Shown: positions 1 through 13,612, counted from the stretch's first letter. The stretch: DNA of 64,000 nt from Trypanosoma brucei (GCA_000002445.1 CP000070.1:480001-544000); one strand, 5' to 3'. Numbers and translations: made by a program. The notes: generated by a model not told the origin, from the sequence alone.

Positions 1-1439
1 GATGGAAACTTAAGATACATCTATGTGAGCATAGCGTTGTGTGAGTAGAAATCATGTGCATATTTTATCTTAATCTTTCCCTATATTGTACTCACTCACT
101 CGTAAAACTTAATCATGGAAATAAAGTTTAGGGAATAGTAAAGTTGTTCTTCCACTCGCATCAAGACACAAATACATGCTTTCTGTCATTGGAAATCATG
201 TGTCTTTATTAAATTGTAGTATCCAATAATGAAAAAGAAGTACTCTATTACTATATCACTCATCATTTCCTACATCCCTAAATATATCGCATATTGTAAC
301 TATACATATTCTTTTTCTTTTTCATATACCAAACAACAATCATATATTATTTACTTCCTTTCTTTAACCTGATGTCGTAATGTTCCTTTTGGAAGATACA
401 AATAAATAATTGTACAAATATTAACACAAGAGTAATAATAGAAGAAAAGAATTACCTTAAGGAAACTACATGGAACTTCCATTATATAAGATACTACACT
501 TCATATAAGGGGGAAATACGTAACAGTGGTTGTATCTTTTATTTGTCCTCAGTGTATCGGCAATCCTTCAGTAGACACTGCTTTGCAACTGATTTCTTTT
601 ATGGATTAAGTTAGTCAGCAGTGTTGAGACAGGTTCCCCCGCATGAGGAGTGAAGGGACAAAACAATATTCCTACCTTCTAACCTATTGAACAAGAATGT
701 CTCAAACAATATCATTTGTCCCTATTTATTTCTGCAGATGCAAATGCTATTGATGGGTGAGATACATCTAAACAGCAACGGATATAACTATACTCATACA
801 GTGTTTCTTTGATTTCTTCTCGTCACCACAGTTGTGTTGGGTTACAAATATATACACAGCACTCCACTTTGTGGCTATAAGTCTCTTTAATATTTGAATG
901 AAATCCTGCTTATCGCTACTGCAATATTTCACACTCTGTGAGGGACACTGATATTTGCTTCTTTCGTCCATTTCATATTTTGATAGTTATGTAAATATCT
1001 TATGTGCAATCCATCTTCTTTCCAAAATAAATAAAAAGAAAGATAAAAGCATAAGCAATTATCGACATAAAAACTGGAATGAGTCTCTCGGTTACACGTC
1101 GCACGCTTCTAACATATAGACACGCTGCATGTAACCTATTTTTGTTGTTTCATGCATGTGTCAGTATGATAAAATGAAAATAGTCTCATGTTTCTCCTTG
1201 TGCTTTTGTATTGCATAAACTACTGGACTCGTCATCTCTTCCACCTATTCATCACACAGGAGTTATTCACTTGCTTTACATGTAGCATATAGTAAAAATA
1301 CAAAATATCAAATTATTAAATTAATACTTCACTATAAGCAATAAAGCTTACTTGATTTTGTTTATTTCATTTATATCTGAGTTGAATTACATATGTTAAT
1401 GAAATTATTCCACTACTCAAAGATACAAACACTTTATTG

Positions 1440-1440
<1 letters not shown>

Positions 1441-1474
<34 letters not shown>

Positions 1475-1476
1475 AT
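1441..1476. repeat. Compound microsatellite (TA)9(GA)9, present once per array unit.
   Basis: Sequence tatatatatatatatatagagagagagagagagaa. It recurs near 7029, 12631, 18241, 23821 and 29401 with small length differences. Confidence 0.9.
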
Positions 1477-2413
1477 GGTTTTGAGACACACCACATATCA
1501 GTTCTTCAACATTACATATGTGTAAATCCATATTTACCAAAGGTACAGCTTTTGAATATCTGCATAATATTTTGAAGTATTATTATCTAATGAAGTGAAC
1601 AGTAGATGTCACTGAAATGCAAATAGTAATAATCCTCTGAAAGGCATAAATACTGTTTCATACAATACTCTAAAGTAATGCAGCGCTGTGCCATGAATAC
1701 TTCCACAGAATATACAACAACTAATGTGCGATAGTTAGTCATAATGATGCCTTCCATGTGATGAACTCTGCAATACAAATCATACGTTGAACAGAAACTA
1801 AAACATTAAATACTAAATATAAATACATGGGGGAGTGATGTAAACTATAAGAGGGGTTATGCACGTCAAAAAAGTTTCATTAGAATACAATAATAGTTTT
1901 GAATTTTATTAAACAACTTAAAGCTTAACCACATGTGTGGAAACAACAATCACTTCACTATAGCATTTGTAGATTAGTGATTGTTACTGAAATAAATGAA
2001 AAAAAACAAATGAAGTAAATACGGCAAGCACTGCATCCCATATTCTGTATTCATCACTGTGTGCTGACGCGTTTGAGTAGCTTTGCCCATTGACAGAAAA
2101 AAAAATAATAAATAAATGAAATCTCTTCTTGCATCTTGTACAAGTGTATTTCAACAAAACAAAGACGTAAAAGAAATTTTATGCTTAATATATTTACTCA
2201 TTTATTTGAAGGAAAGGTACAATAGCCAAAAAACTATAAAGGTGCATGTGAGTTATACTTCATTGTCAGATAAAGTTAACTTCACAACCCTCCTGAAACA
2301 CAAAAGGAAAATTAAAAGAATTACAATGAAGAAACAGAAGGAATACAATATGTTTTTTCCAACCTCTAACATGTTATATGTAAAAGTGACGAAATGGTCT
2401 TCACAATAGGATG

Positions 2414-4495
2414 CTACTCATGACCTCGTTTCCGTGTGAATGCTGGTGCATCTCGATATTTTCTCTCTTCATGATACGCTATTATAAGCTCTTTCTGTAT
2501 CTTTTTATCAAATGTTATTTGATACTGGTCAATACCATCCCAAAATACTTGTGTTTCCTCAGTTTGTTGCTCAGCATCAGCGGTGTTGTTGTTCACACAT
2601 CGTTGCCGCGTCTTAATCACACCACCATAAATAGCATTAACATATATCATCTCCCATGCCATGTTACGAGAAAAGGTATCCCAATCGGAAAAATACCTTG
2701 CAATGTTTGTCATAAATTCCTGTAACTCTGAAACACTTGCTTCTTTCCTGTAATTATCTGTTATTTGAATAAGCACAATAGTCTTTGAGGCAACTCCCAG
2801 TTGTGGAAAACCATCCCTCATATCCGCAACCCTTCTAGAGCAATCTTCCACAAAGAAAAAGCCATCCACAAAAAGCTTACTCTCCTCCAATGACCTGTAG
2901 AGCACTTTGTATTTACAGTTTCCAATTGCATTCTGTCCAGTTTTTGGCAAGAACTTTTGTTCAAAAATTTGAAACTGTTGTGGGGTCATATCTTTCAGGA
3001 TGCTACGCTTGTCTTCCGTCTCTCCGAGTCTTCGGAGGTAGTTCAAATGTTTTGTGACCACACAAAAGACTCTAGGAAAGAGAAGTGAAACCAAAGCCCT
3101 TGTTTTAAGCGAGTAGGCTCCGACCTTACCGTATTCCATCATGAATTCATGGGATGACATACTTTCCGCAACATCTGCAAACAGCGTACAGAGTATCATA
3201 TTCCCAATGGCAACTGATAGAGGTCTACAGTGGTATGATTCGAGGTTGCCATATCTGCTCCTCTCCCGTACAATCTTTATTAACGATTCTGTGAAATGAT
3301 TACCTTTCCATTCAAAATATTTTCCCATCATCATATCATAGCCATCTCGTCTATTACAACTGAGACTGCTTAGATACCCTATTACTGCCGCCTCACGACA
3401 GCCAGCTCCATTACTGAAAACATAACGAGGCAGCGGCCCCACAAAGTCAACACGTCTCTCCACCAACCTCCACTCATCCTCTAGCTCTTCCTTAACCTTC
3501 AAACGAGCATTTTCATCGAGAGTCGTATAGTTGGGAAATAGGGACAGTTTCTTCCAAGCCACAAACGCCTTAATGTCACGTACGTCATCGCAGTTTAAAA
3601 TTATCCTTGTTTGTTCCAGGTTCTTCATCCAGTACTTGTAGCTAACTCCATCTGGGGGTGCGAGGACAGTCACACCCCAAACATTTCTTGGGATCTCATA
3701 AGGCAGAGTTTCCTTACGACTATTAATATCAAAAATAATATGCCCTCTTTTTTTTAGACGCATTTCCTTAATAACATTAGTGACGTCTTCTCTCTTGTAC
3801 AATACAACCCTCCCTTCCTCATTCCCCTTCTTGTTGTATATAAGGTAAGCTTTGGAACCCGTGAAAAACACAACGACATCAAGCATTCCTTCATGGAAGT
3901 GAAGTAGGGAATGAAGTAAAAATGATCCAACTCCACATGATTTTCCAATACCAGATATACCAATGACAATGTGTGTTGGTGGTGTGCTCTCTGTCTTTTC
4001 CACCCACCATGCATTTAATTTTCGTTGTATTATATACCACACACGCATCATTTCACGACGGATGTAGACATTATTGTCCAATATCCCAATTCTCTGATAT
4101 AAACTAATGAGAGAACATTGAAATCTATCTGAGGGCCAACCCATCTTTGATGTAAGGACAAAGATCTCCAGGCCAGTGGGTCTCTCCTCAAGTTCCGCAT
4201 CAACTTCACAATGTTCAGGAGTTATATCAACTTCTTCTTCCGTCCATATGTGTTGTGGTCTTCCAAAGAATACCTTCATACCGAGTGGCTCTTGATTATA
4301 ACCTGACATCACATAACTCCACTTCGCATAATACAGAGACTCATATAACTCCTCTTCACGAGATTTCCTTTTTCCAGTTACCGATGGATTCTGCATCTGT
4401 CGTCCACCTCGTTCCTGCACTTCACCTTGTGCACGATTAAACCGTTCGTTAAACACATTCTGAGTATTTCCCATATTGCCGTTGTTTTGAATCAT
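2414..4495 (-). CDS. Multicopy P-loop NTPase-like protein, copy 1 (693 aa, cassette type A). Candidate RHS (retrotransposon hot spot) family member.
   Basis: Intact 693-aa ORF with ATG at 4493-4495 (cat on the + strand). Walker A motif IVIGISGIGKSCG. The ORF is conserved in frame in six tandem copies. The RHS name is an inference from the trypanosomatid multicopy tandem context, not a detected domain hit. Confidence 0.8.
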   Translation of the reverse strand: MIQNNGNMGNTQNVFNERFNRAQGEVQERGGRQMQNPSVTGKRKSREEELYESLYYAKWSYVMSGYNQEPLGMKVFFGRPQHIWTEEEVDITPEHCEVDAELEERPTGLEIFVLTSKMGWPSDRFQCSLISLYQRIGILDNNVYIRREMMRVWYIIQRKLNAWWVEKTESTPPTHIVIGISGIGKSCGVGSFLLHSLLHFHEGMLDVVVFFTGSKAYLIYNKKGNEEGRVVLYKREDVTNVIKEMRLKKRGHIIFDINSRKETLPYEIPRNVWGVTVLAPPDGVSYKYWMKNLEQTRIILNCDDVRDIKAFVAWKKLSLFPNYTTLDENARLKVKEELEDEWRLVERRVDFVGPLPRYVFSNGAGCREAAVIGYLSSLSCNRRDGYDMMMGKYFEWKGNHFTESLIKIVRERSRYGNLESYHCRPLSVAIGNMILCTLFADVAESMSSHEFMMEYGKVGAYSLKTRALVSLLFPRVFCVVTKHLNYLRRLGETEDKRSILKDMTPQQFQIFEQKFLPKTGQNAIGNCKYKVLYRSLEESKLFVDGFFFVEDCSRRVADMRDGFPQLGVASKTIVLIQITDNYRKEASVSELQEFMTNIARYFSDWDTFSRNMAWEMIYVNAIYGGVIKTRQRCVNNNTADAEQQTEETQVFWDGIDQYQITFDKKIQKELIIAYHEERKYRDAPAFTRKRGHE

Positions 4496-4552
4496 TCCTA
4501 TCTCAAAATAATAACTTTAAATAGGTAATATTGTGTTACTTTCTGAACATAT

Positions 4553-4568
4553 GTGTGTGTGTGTGTGT
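4553..4568. repeat. (GT)8 tract ((AC)n on the coding strand) about 55 nt upstream of the copy-1 ATG.
   Basis: The sequence reads acatatgtgtgtgtgtgtgtgtt. Confidence 0.9.
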
Positions 4569-7027
4569 TAAATCAAATAGTAAAATGAAGGGAATGATGT
4601 GTACACACTATCAAGCAACACATATATACAGTTCATGAATATCATAAACTAACAGAACAAATTATAACCTCTCCTTACAGTTAAACCCCTTAACAACCCC
4701 TTGCATATATTGAATAGTGATGTTCAATCAATTAAATATTCTGTATGAAAGCATGAGTAATAAGATTTTTAGATATGAGAGATAACAAACACGAAATCCT
4801 AAGTGAAGAATACTACTATTTCATATAATATAATATGTATGCATATAGTATAATATGTCATACTTTTTGAAATAATAAACAATAGTATTAATAATGAGAT
4901 AAACAGAATTTACAATAATAGATTATACATTGCACACGTAATAATGAGGACAACGTATGTCACAAAGGTTCTTAATTATAACATCGAAAGAACATTAACT
5001 CAAAGCATCAGCAAACATGCACATACAAACTGTTATTCATTATAACATCTTGGCTCCATCTCACAGCATAGACGACAATGTTTGAGTGTAAACCGTAACA
5101 TACAAAACCTAACACAAATATCTTCTGTACTGTCAAATATTGGGATGGTATCTCATCTCATTATTAAACACTTTCAACATTATCTTGTTGTCTCCTTGTT
5201 TGGGAACTCTCATCTTTGACACTAAGGAATATGTGAAGATACTAAGATCATTTATTTTTTTATTTCCTAGTTGCATTTGCAATTGTTCACATATTCTTTC
5301 AGTACACGCAAAAAAATTGAAAGTTTAAGGAAAATTGAATTATGAGAATAAGGAAACAAAGGATAAATTTTCTGTGAACAATAAAATATTATATAATATC
5401 TCAAATCTTCTGCAGTGATTCACCACATGTGGAAAATATATGCAATAGTTACATAACACTGACAACACTGAATAAAGGAATATATTCAATATACTCAATA
5501 TAGTCAATATATTTAATGCAAATATTACATGGAATATAAGAAGTGTAAGGAATCAAAGGAATATAAAAAATAAAATGTAATGGAGAATGATGGAAACTTA
5601 AGATACATCTATGTGAGCATAGCGTTGTGTGAGTAGAAATCATGTGCATATTTTATCTTAATCTTTCCCTATATTGTACTCACTCACTCGTAAAACTTAA
5701 TCATGGAAATAAAGTTTAGGGAATAGTAAAGTTGTTCTTCCACTCGCGTCAAGACACAAATACCTGCTTTCTGTCATTGGAAATCATGTGTCTTTATTAA
5801 ATTGTAGTATCCAATAATGAAAAAGAAGTACTCTATTACTATATCACTCATCATTTCCTACATCCCTAAATATATCGCATATTGTAACTATACATATTCT
5901 TTTTCTTTTTCATATACCATACAACAATCATATATTATTTACTTCCTTTCTTTAAACTGATGTCGTAATGTTCCTTTTGGAAGATACAAATAAATAATTG
6001 TACAAATATTAACACAAGAGTAATGATAGAAGAAAAGAATTACCTTAAGGAAACTACATGGAACTTCCATTATATAAGATACTACACTTCATATAAGGGG
6101 GAAATACGTAACAGTGGTTGTATCTTTTATTTGTCCTCAGTGTATCGGCAATCCTTCAGTAGACGCTGCTTTGCAACTGATTTCTTTTATGGATTAAGTT
6201 AGTCAGCAGTGTTGAGACAGGTTCCCCCGCATGAGGAGTGAAGGGACAAAACAATATTCCTACCTTCTAACCTATTGAACAAGAATGTCTCAAACAATAT
6301 CATTTGTCCCTATTTATTTCTGCAGATGCAAATGCTATTGATGGGTGAGATACATCTAAACAGCAACGGATATAACTATACTCATACAGTGTTTCTTTGA
6401 TTTCTTCTCGTCACCACAGTTGTGTTGGGTTACAAATATATACACAGCACTCCACTTTGTGGCTATAAGTCTCTTTAATATTTGAATGAAATCCTGCCTA
6501 TCGCTACTGCAATATTTCACACTCTGTGAGGGACACTGATATTTGCTTCTTTCGTCCATTTCATATTTTGATAGTTATGTAAATATCTTATGTGCAATCC
6601 ATCTCCTTTCCAAAATAAATAAAAAGAAAGATAAAAGCATAAGCAATTATCGACATAAAAACTGGAATGAGTCTCTCGGTTACACGTCGCACGCTTCTAA
6701 CATATAGACACGCTGCATGTAACCTATTTTTGTTGTTTCATGCATGTGTCAGTATGATAAAATGAAAATAGTCTCATGTTTCTCCTTGTGCTTTTGTATT
6801 GCATAAACTACTGGACTCGTCATCTCTTCCATCTATTCATCACACAGGAGTTGTTCACTTGCTTTACATGTAGCATATAGTAAAAATACAAAATATCAAA
6901 TTATTAAATTAATACTTCACTATAAGCAATAAAGCTTACTTGATTTTGTTTATTTCATTTATATCTGAGTTGAATTACATATGTTAATGAAATTATTCCA
7001 CTACTCAAAGATACAAACACTTTATTG

Positions 7028-7062
<35 letters not shown>

Positions 7063-8001
7063 ATGGTTTTGAGACACACCACATATCAGTTCTTCAACAT
7101 TACATATGTGTAAATCCATATTTACAAAAGGTACAGCTTTTGAATATCTGCATAATTATTTGAAGTATTATTATCTAATGAAGTGAACAGTAGATGTCAC
7201 TGAAATGCAAATAGTAATAATCCTCTGAAAGGCATAAATACTGTTTCATACAATACTCTAAAGTAATGCAGCGCTGTGCCATGAATACTTCCACAGAATA
7301 TACAACAACTAATGTGCGATAGTTAGTCATAATGATGCCTTCCATGTGATGAACTCTGCAATACAAATCATACGTTGAACAGAAACTAAAACATTAAATA
7401 CTAAATATAAATGCATGGGGGAGTGATGTAAACTATAAGAGGGGTTATGCACGTCAAAAAAGTTTCATTAGAATACAATAATAGTTTTGAATTTTATTAA
7501 ACAACTTAAAGCTTAACCACATGTGTGGAAACAACAATCACTTCACTATAGCATTTGTAGATTAGTGATTGTTACTGAAATAAATGAAAAAAAACAAATG
7601 AAGTAAATAAGGCAAGCACTGCATCCCATATTCTGTATTCATCACTGTGTGCTGACGCGTTTGAGTAGCTTTGCCCATTGACAGAAAAAAAAATAATAAA
7701 TAAATGAAATCTCTTCTTGCATCTTGTACAAGTGTATTTCAACAAAACAAAGACGTAAAAGAAATTTTATGCTTAATATATTTACTCATTTATTTGAAGG
7801 AAAGGTACAATAGCCAAAAAACTATAAAGGTGCATGTGAGTTATACTTCATTGTCAGATAAAGTTAACTTCACAACCCTCCTGAAACACAAAAGGAAAAT
7901 TAAAAGAATTACAATGAAGAAACAGAAGGAATACAATATGTTTTTTCCAACCTCTAACATGTTATATGTAAAAGTGACGAAATGGTCTTCACAATAGGAT
8001 G

Positions 8002-10083
8002 CTACTCATGACCTCTTTTCCGTGTGAATGCTGGTGCATCTCGATATTTTCTCTCTTCATGATACGCTATTATAAGCTCTTTCTGTATCTTTTTATCAAA
8101 TGTTATTTGATACTGGTCAATACCATCCCAAAATACTTGTGTTTCCTCAGTTTGTTGCTCAGCATCAGCGGTGTTGTTGTTCACACATCGTTGCCGCGTC
8201 TTAATCACACCACCATAAATAGCATTAACATATATCATCTCCCATGCCATGTTACGAGAAAAGGTATCCCAATCGGAAAAATACCTTGCAATGTTTGTCA
8301 TAAATTCCTGTAACTCTGAAACACTTGCTTCTTTCCTGTAATTATCTGTTATTTGAATAAGCACAATAGTCTTTGAGGCAACTCCCAGTTGTGGAAAACC
8401 ATCCCGCATATCCGCAACCCTTCTAGAGCAATCTTCCACAAAGAAAAAGCCATCCACAAAAAGCTTACTCTCCTCCAATGACCTGTAGAGCACTTTGTAT
8501 TTACAGTTTCCAATTGCATTCTGTCCAGCTTCTGGCAAGAACTTTTGTTCAAAAATTTGAAACTGTTGTGGGGTCATATCTTTCAGGATGCTACGCTTGT
8601 CTTCCGTCTCTCCGAGTCTTCGGAGGTAGTTCAAATGTTTTGTGACCACACAAAAGACTCTAGGAAAGAGAAGTGAAACCAAAGCCCTTGTTTTAAGCGA
8701 GTAGGCTCCGACCTTACCGTATTCCATCATGAATTCATGGGATGACATACTTTCCGCAACATCTGCAAACAGCGTACAGAGTATCATATTCCCAATGGCA
8801 ACTGATAGAGGTCTACAGTGGTATGATTCGAGGTTGCCATATCTGCTCCCCTCCCGTACAATCTTTATTAACGATTCTGTGAAATCATTACCTTTCCATT
8901 CAAAATATTTTCCCATCATCATATCATAGCCATCTCGTCTATTACAACTGAGACTGCTTAGATACCCTATTACTGCCGCCTCACGACAGCCAGCTCCATT
9001 ACTGAAAACATAACGAGGCAGCGGCCCCACAAAGTCAACACGTCTCTCCACCAACCTCCACTCATCCTCTAGCTCTTCCTTAACCTTCAAACGAGCATTT
9101 TCATCGAGAGTCGTATAGTTGGGAAATACGGACAGTTTCTTCCAAGCCACAAACGCCTTAATGTCACGTACGTCATCGCAGTTTAAAATTATCCTTGTTT
9201 GTTCCAGGTTCTTCATCCAGTACTTGTAGCGAACTCCATCTGGGGGTGCGAGGACAGTCACACCCCAAACATTTCTTGGGATCTCATAAGGCAGAGTTTC
9301 CTTACGACTATTAATATCAAAAATAATATGCCCTCTTTTTTTTAGACGCATTTCCTTAATAACATTAGTGACGTCTTTTCTCTTGTACAATACAACCCTC
9401 CCTTCCTCATTCCCCTTCTTGTTGTATATAAGGTAAGCTTTGGAACCCGTGAAATACACAACGACATCAAGCATTCCTTCATGGAAGTGAAGTAGGGAAT
9501 GAAGTAAAAATGATCCAACTCCACATGATTTTCCAATACCAGATATACCAATGACAATGTGTGTTGGTGGTGTGCTCTCTGTCTTTTCCACCCACCATGC
9601 ATTTAATTTTCGTTGTATTATATACCACACACGCATCATTTCACGACGGATGTAGACATTATTATCCAATATCCCAATTCTCTGATATAAACTAATGAGA
9701 GAACATTGAAATCCGCATGATGGGTTACATATCTTTGATGTAAGGACAAAGATCTCCAGGCCAGTGGGTCTCTCCTCAAGTTCCGCATCAACTTCACAAT
9801 GTTCAGGAGTTATATCCACTTCTTCTTCCGTTCATATGTGTTGTGGTCTTCCAAAGAATACCTTCATACCGAGTGGCTCTTGATTATAACCTGACATCAC
9901 ATAACTCCACTTCGCATAATACAGAGACTCATATAACTCCTCTTCACGAGATTTGCTTTTTCCAGTTACCGATGGATTCTGCATCTGCCGTCCACCTTGT
10001 TCATGCACTTCACCTTGTGCACGATTAAACCGTTCGTTAAACACATTCTGAGTATTTCTCATATTGCCGTTGTTTTGAATCAT
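8002..10083 (-). pseudogene. Copy 2 of the P-loop protein gene, disrupted by a nonsense codon: TGG to TGA, coding-strand stop at 9832-9834.
   Basis: The N-terminal 83 codons (from ATG at 10083) end at ...RPQHI followed by a stop. Other copies read HIWTEE. Here the + strand has gttcatatg where the others have gtccatatg. The rest of the ORF (605 aa) continues in frame. There is also a private variant patch SKICNPSCGFQ. Confidence 0.8.
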
Positions 10084-10140
10084 TCCTATCTCAAAATAAT
10101 AACTTTAAATAGGTAATATTGCGTTACTTTCTGCACATAT

Positions 10141-10141
10141 G

Positions 10142-10176
<35 letters not shown>

Positions 10177-10178
10177 GT
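10141..10178. repeat. (GT)n tract of about 38 bp upstream of copy 2. The longest allele in the array.
   Basis: gtgtgtgtgtgtgtgtttgtgtgtgtgtgtgtgtgtgt. Confidence 0.9.
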
Positions 10179-12638
10179 TAAATCAAATAGTAAAATGAAG
10201 GGAATGATGTGTACACACTATCAAGCAACACATATATACAGTTCATGAATATCATAAACTAACAGAACAAATTATAACCCCTTCTTACAGTTAAACCCCT
10301 TAACAACCCCTTGCATATATTGAATAGTGATGTTCAATCAATTAAATATTCTGTATGAAAGCATGAGTAATAAGATTTTTAGATATGAGAGATAACAAAC
10401 ACGAAATCCTAAGTGAAGAATACTACTATTTCATATAATATAATATGTATGCATATAGTATAATATGTCATACTTTTTGAAATAATAAACAATAGTATTA
10501 ATAATGAGATAAACAGAATTTACAATAATAGATTATACATTGCACACGTAATAATGAGGACAACGTATGTCACAAAGGTTCTTAATTATAACATCGAAAG
10601 AACATTAACTCAAAGCATCAGCATATACTGCACATACAAACTGTTATTCATTATAACATCTTGGCTCCATCTCACAGCATAGACGACAATGTTTGAGTGT
10701 AAACCGTAACATACAAAACCTAACACAAATATCTTCTGTACTGTCAAATATTGGGATGGTATCTCATCTCATTATTAAACACTTTCAACATTATCTTGTT
10801 GTCTCCTTGTTTGAGAACTCTCATCTTTGACACTAAGGAATATGTGAAGATACTAAGATCATTTATTTTTTTATTTCCTAGTTGCATTTGCAATTGTTCA
10901 CGTATTCTTTCAGTACACGCAAAAAAATTGAAAGTTTAAGGAAAATTGAATTATGAGAATAAGGAAACAAAGGATAAATTTTCTGTGAACAATAAAATAT
11001 TATATAATATCTCAAATCTTCTGCAGTGATTCACCACATGTGGAAAATATATGCAATAGTTACATAACACTGACAACACTGAATAAAGGAATATATTCAA
11101 TATACTCAATATAGTCAATATATTTAATGCAAATATTACATGGAATATAAGAAGTGTAAGGAATCAAAGGAATATAAAAAATAAAATGTAATGGAGAATG
11201 ATGGAAACTTAAGATACATCTATGTGAGCATAGCGTTGTGTGAGTAGAAATCATGTGCATATTTTATCTTAATCTTTCCCTATATTGTACTCACTCACTC
11301 GTAAAACTTAATCATGGAAATAAAGTTTAGGGAATAGTAAAGTTGTTCTTCCACTCGCGTCAAGACACAAATACATGCTTTCTGTCATTGGAAATCATGT
11401 GTCTTTATTAAATTGTAGTATCCAATAATGAAAAAGAAGTACTCTATTACTATATCACTCATCATTTCCTACATCCCTAAATATATCGCATATTGTCACT
11501 ATACATATTCTTTTTCTTTTTCATATACCATACAACAATCATATATTATTTACTTCCTTTCTTTAAACTGATGTTGTAATGTTCCTTTTGGAAGATACAA
11601 ATAAATAATTGAACAAATATTAACACAAGAGTAATAATAGAAGAAAAGAATTACCTTAAGGAAACTACATGGAACTTCCATTATATAAGATACTACACTT
11701 CATATAAGGGGGAAATACGTAACAGTGGTTGTATCTTTTATTTGTCCTCAGTGTATCGGCAATCCTTCAGTAGACACTGCTTTGCAACTGATTTCTTTTA
11801 TGGATTAAGTTAGTCAGCAGTGTTGAGACAGGTTCCCCCGCATGAGGAGTGAAGGGACAAAACAATATTCCTACCTTCTAACCTATTGAACAAGAATGTC
11901 TCAAACAATATCATTTGTCCCTATTTATTTCTGCAGATGCAAATGCTATTGATGGGTGAGATACATCTAAACAGCAACGGATATAACTATACTCATACAG
12001 TGTTTCTTTGATTTCTTCTCGTCACCACAGTTGTGTTGGGTTACAAATATATACACAGCACTCCACTTTGTGGCTATAAGTCTCTTTAATATTTGAATGA
12101 AATCCTGCTTATCGCTACTGCAATATTTCACACTCTGTGAGGGACACTGATATTCGCTTCTTTCGTCCATTTCATATTTTGATAGTTATGTAAATATCTT
12201 ATGTGCAATCCATCTCCTTTCCAAAATAAATAAAAAGAAAGATAAAAGCATAAGCAATTATCGACATAAAAACTGGAATGAGTCTCTCGGTTACACGTCG
12301 CACGCTTCTAACATATAGACACGCTGCATGTAACCTATTTTTGTTGTTTCATGCATGTGTCAGTATGATAAAATGAAAATAGTCTCATGTTTCTCCTTGT
12401 GCTTTTGTATTGCATAAACTACTGGACTCGTCATCTCTTCCACCTATTCATCACACAGGAGTTGTTCACCTGCTTTACATATAGCATATAGTAAAAATAC
12501 AAAATATCACATTATTAAATTAATACTTCACTATAAGCAATAAAGCTTACTTGATTTTGTTTATTTCATTTATATCTGAGTTGAATTACATATGTTAATG
12601 AAATTATTCCACTACTCAAAGATACAAACACTTTATTG

Positions 12639-12673
<35 letters not shown>

Positions 12674-13612
12674 ATGGTTTTGAGACACACCACATATCAG
12701 TTCTTCAACATTACATATGTGTAAATCCATATTTACAAAAGGTACAGCTTTCGAATATCTGCATAATTATTTGAAGTATTATTATCTAATGAAGTGAACA
12801 GTAGATGTCACTGAAATGCAAATAGTAATAATCCTCTGAAAGGCATAAATACTGTTTCATACAATACTCTAAAGTACTGCAGCGCTGTGCCATGAATACT
12901 TCCACAGAAGATACAACAACTAATGTGCGATAGTTAGTCATAATGATGCCTTCCATGTGATGAACTCTGCAATACAAATCATACGTTGAACAGAAACTAA
13001 AACATTAAATACTAAATATAAATACATGGGGGAGTGATGTAAACTATAAGAGGGTTTATGTACGTCAAGGAAGTTTCATTAGAATACAATAATAGTTTTG
13101 AATTTTATTAAACAACTTAAAGCTTAACCACATGTGTGGAAACAACAATCACTTCACTATAGCATTTGTAGATTAGTGATTGTTACTGAAATAAATGAAA
13201 AAAAACAAATGAAGTAAATACGGCAAGCACTGCATCCCATATTCTGTATTCATCACTGTGTGCTGACGCGTTTGAGTAGCTTTGCCCATTGACAGAAAAA
13301 AAAATAATAAATAAATGAAATCTCTTCTTGCATCTTGTACAAGTGTATTTCAACAAAACAAAGACGTAAAAGAAATTTTATGCTTAATATATTTACTCAT
13401 TTATTTGAAGGAAAGGTACAATAGCCAAAAAACTATAAAGGTGCATGTGAGTTATACTTCATTGTCAGATAAAGTTAACTTCACAACCCTCCTGAAACAC
13501 AAAAGGAAAATTAAAAGAATTACAATGAAGAAACAGAAGGAATACAATATGTTTTTTCCAACCTCTAACATGTTATATGTAAAAGTGACGAAATGGTCTT
13601 CACAATAGGATG

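Larger units (their letters stand above)
1..5588. repeat. Array unit 1 (5588 bp)
   Basis: Unit boundaries taken from recurrence of the gatggaaactta phase marker. Confidence 0.9.
5589..11199. repeat. Array unit 2 (5611 bp). Carries the pseudogenised copy.
   Basis: Same phase marker. The extra length is mostly a longer (GT)n tract. Confidence 0.9.

Noticed and set aside
768-1778. Small minus-strand ORFs of 63-67 aa (MDERSKYQCPS..., MYCRVHHMEG...) recurring in each spacer.
   Set aside because: They are short, have no motifs and are merely carried along by the repeat. They do show scattered nonsynonymous changes (K to E at 11967.., Y to S at 12786..) with no sign of constraint.
2116-2725. Two + strand ORFs (97 and 104 aa) that recur in every array unit and overlap the 3-prime end of the P-loop gene.
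   Set aside because: They are conserved only because the underlying DNA is identical. They have Lys/Ile/Leu-rich low-complexity composition typical of AT-rich DNA, and the second lies wholly antisense to the real CDS.
3754-4014. An 86-113 aa minus-strand ORF (MHGGWKRQRAHH...) nested inside each array gene in another frame.
   Set aside because: It is an out-of-frame overlap with the 690-aa CDS. Its variation tracks the parent gene. There is no independent start or splice context.
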